Assembly: GCF_036321535.1 (NCBI RefSeq)
Contig: NC_087436.1
Coordinates: forward strand, 116,066,001 to 116,130,000
Direction: 5' to 3'
Length of the DNA stretch: 64,000 nt
DNA from: Camelus dromedarius
Taxonomy: Eukaryota
Below, one piece after another: positions 63,127-64,000 of the stretch. Every line of letters starts with the position of its first letter. Within the stretch, counting starts at the first letter, position 1. A program made the translations under genes and the position numbers. The notes beneath the pieces were generated by a model. The model saw only the letters and a list, made by a program, of their open reading frames with translations, did no database searches and had not been told where the DNA came from.

Positions 63127-63388
63127 CAGGGCCAACCTCTCCATTAGGAGTCAGGAATGCGCAAGGTAATTTCGGGGCCTCTCAAAAATGTTTTAAATTA
63201 TTTTCAAATCAAAAGAAATAAAGACTTTTCAGTCTCAGAAAATATTTCAATACCTACAAGTAATATATTTACCTTTACACCAATGTCTTCATGAAATATA
63301 ATTTTATTTTTAAAGGATGACTTAAGTAATTAATTAATTTTGGTTGAAGGATAGTTCTTACAAAGGCAGAAGTTAGAACTGAACCCTG
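63127..63388. mobile_element. hAT-Tip100 MITE (MER115/Zaphod-like)
   Basis: cagggcc...ccctg termini; ggggcctctcaaaaatgttttaa...tttacaccaatg AT-rich interior. Confidence 0.55.
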
Positions 63389-63646
63389 TGTAGCCACACA
63401 TGACTGGTGTCATGAAGGGGATGAAAATCCTGTTTACAGAAAAAAAAAGAAATCGCATCATCTGTTAATCGTAGAGGGGTGGGCTGTTTTCAAGGACGTA
63501 CAAAGAAAGGTGGGAAGTTGGACGGGCTGGCGGGGGAGACGCGTGATGCGCGTGCTGATTGGAAGGACCCACAATCCTACACGTTTTCTGGATGTGACCC
63601 TCATTTTCTCTCTCACACGCCGTCTGCTCCAGCTAATTAGCAAATC

Positions 63647-63661
63647 AAAAGAAACCGAAAC
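63647..63661 (+). promoter_or_regulatory. ISRE/IRF-E motif (candidate)
   Basis: aaaaGAAACCGAAAC fits AANNGAAANNGAAA; motif match only, no functional data. Confidence 0.4.
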
Positions 63662-64000
63662 AATTCTAGACCTCAGCACCATCAAATTAGAGGAGTTATC
63701 TGAGGATACTGCTTTCACACGGTGTAATCATGCACTCTTTGTTTTGGTCAAATGAGTGAAAATTACCTCTCAAACCCAAAGCCCTCTCCTCTACCCAGCC
63801 AGCTCTGTGGACAGACACATTTCATATCTGGTCTCATCAGTTTTACACACGAGTCTTTCTACACAGACAGGAAGGCACAATTAAACAATACCCATCAAAC
63901 TTCCCATACAACAAGGATCCTTTCAAAATACGTTTGAATTTTCAGGTGATCAGCACTTAAGAGCCATTAGTGCACCATCTAAATCAAGACTTGGAAAGTT

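Noticed and set aside
1..64000. ORFs in the six-frame track (up to 171 aa) as protein-coding genes
   Set aside because: No recognisable domains. Many lie in TEs or simple repeats or use non-ATG starts, and their lengths fit chance in mammalian non-coding DNA.
1..64000. CRISPR array or prokaryotic defence system
   Set aside because: The sequence is mammalian; there are no regularly spaced repeats with unique spacers and no operon-like ORFs.

Overview
This is mammalian non-coding DNA, very probably from a camelid (camel, alpaca or llama). The assignment rests on a tRNA-derived SINE at 22169-22316 that matches my recollection of the camelid Vic-1 family, and on about nine short cetartiodactyl/camelid-type L1 3' ends. 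I found no recognisable protein-coding exon, RNA gene or CRISPR array. The six-frame ORFs look like chance frames or transposon remnants, so the window is intergenic or deep-intronic, and I cannot name a host gene. Much of the window is interspersed repeat: MIR, L2, L1/HAL1, MaLR and ERVL solo LTRs, and hAT MITEs (MER3, MER5, MER20, MER53), often nested and several with visible target-site duplications (TSDs). Subfamily names come from memory of consensus sequences and need RepeatMasker/Dfam confirmation; boundaries without a TSD are approximate. The signals most worth following up are: (1) a 79-bp, 95%-identical non-transposon duplication 1635 bp apart; (2) a twin stem-loop at 60324-60462; (3) a MER53 carrying a miR-1302-like arm with an intact seed; (4) an ISRE/CCAAT/CpG cluster near 63.5-63.7 kb; (5) a TCF/SOX/octamer/E-box cluster at 44.85-45.05 kb; (6) a ~65-bp L1 insertion with a perfect 17-bp TSD. 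None of these demonstrates a new biological system; they are testable candidates only.
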